Assembly: GCA_030550515.1 (NCBI GenBank)
Contig: JAUQPE010000018.1
Span: forward strand, 3,927 to 67,926
Length of the DNA stretch: 64,000 nt
Origin: Thermotogota bacterium
GTDB lineage: Bacteria; Thermotogota; Thermotogae; Thermotogales; Thermotogaceae
Direction of reading: 5' to 3'
The notes beneath the pieces were generated by a model. That model had not been told where the DNA came from, did no database searches, and saw nothing but the letters and a program-made list of their open reading frames with translations. This document shows positions 63,501 to 64,000 of the stretch, in pieces. The translations under genes were made by a program, and so were the position numbers. Every line of letters starts with the position of its first letter. Within the stretch, counting starts at the first letter, position 1.

Positions 63501-64000
63501 AAACAACGCATGTGCAAGTTCGATCAGTTCGATGTCTTCTGTTTCCATACCTCTAAGGTTCGATTGAAACCCGCGTCGCATCTGCGTTCGCGTGCGCTCA
63601 TACGCGGTTTCCATACCTCTAAGGTTCGATTGAAACTCGCTATATACGTTCTGAAGTGATGCGAAAAGCAAAGTTTCCATACCTCTAAGGTTCGATTGAA
63701 ACCCTTTCACGTTGTAGAAATACACAGCGGACTTATAAGGTTTCCATACCTCTAAGGTTCGATTGAAACAAATCATTTTCGCACTTTGTGAAAATGTGAA
63801 AAAGCGTTTCCATACCTCTAAGGTTCGATTGAAACCTTGGAAAGAAGCTTCCAGATGTTTTCTCTTGTGATGCGTTTCCATACCTCTAAGGTTCGATTGA
63901 AACCGGCAAAAGGGAGCGACCGCGCCGTCGCTCCCGGAGTTGAGTTTCCATACCTCTAAGGTTCGATTGAAACTTGTTTTTGAGGCAAGGGCAACTCGGA
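60542..64000. CRISPR. CRISPR array, at least 52 x 30-bp repeats (GTTTCCATACCTCTAAGGTTCGATTGAAAC on + strand), truncated by the window end; transcribed strand uncertain
   Basis: 52 repeats counted by hand, spacers 34-45 bp and all different; repeat is near-identical to the reverse complement of the T. maritima repeat family; no cas genes in the window. Confidence 0.97.

Noticed and set aside
60632-63881. Several ORFs (60632-61105, 61586-61828, 61999-62235, 62385-62915, 62419-62805, 62884-63105, 63420-63881) with recurring peptides FHTSKVRLK, FQSNLRGMET, FNRTLEVWK, VSIEP
   Set aside because: They are translations of the CRISPR repeat in different frames; no coding potential.

Overview
This 64-kb window is a Thermotogae-type chromosomal segment. 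The evidence is a CRISPR repeat nearly identical to the reverse complement of the Thermotoga maritima repeat, plus an encapsulin/Flp pair, a TM1570-like SPOUT gene in the trmD-rplS block and a tandem GH12 pair. GC is about 50%. It is densely packed with often overlapping genes, mostly on the minus strand. Housekeeping operons recognised: an ABC-2 exporter; tRNA-Val/tRNA-Phe; prfB-secA; tlyA and truA; the ffh-rpsP-KH-rimM-trmD-SPOUT-rplS-lepB block; tgt, deoC, radC and maf; apbE with Gx-transporter and NusG-II partners plus an AmmeMemoRadiSam pair; a dGTPase-like HD enzyme; recJ and ruvX with tRNA-Arg; mreB with the flagellar rod and L/P-ring genes flgFGAHI and a FlgJ-like gene; tandem GH12 endoglucanases; an Flp-encapsulin operon followed immediately by a B12-radical-SAM gene; an MthK-like K+ channel; a TPP-riboswitch-controlled thi4-thiC-(TIM barrel)-thiDN operon; queF with a queuosine-precursor transporter; and an AraC/aldo-keto-reductase/flavodoxin cluster. 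The last 3.5 kb is a CRISPR array of at least 52 repeats that runs off the window end, with no cas genes anywhere in the window. The most unusual item is at the other end of the window, 57 kb from the array: a compact promoter, degenerate repeat, 47-bp spacer, degenerate repeat and intrinsic terminator on the minus strand, i.e. a stand-alone single-spacer crRNA-like (or anti-repeat) RNA gene. Other points worth a second look: a ComFC homolog whose zinc ribbon is encoded upstream of any usable start codon; a fully degenerate NtrC-like enhancer-binding-protein relic; a terminator-containing structured leader upstream of an unknown gene; and the encapsulin / B12-radical-SAM linkage.
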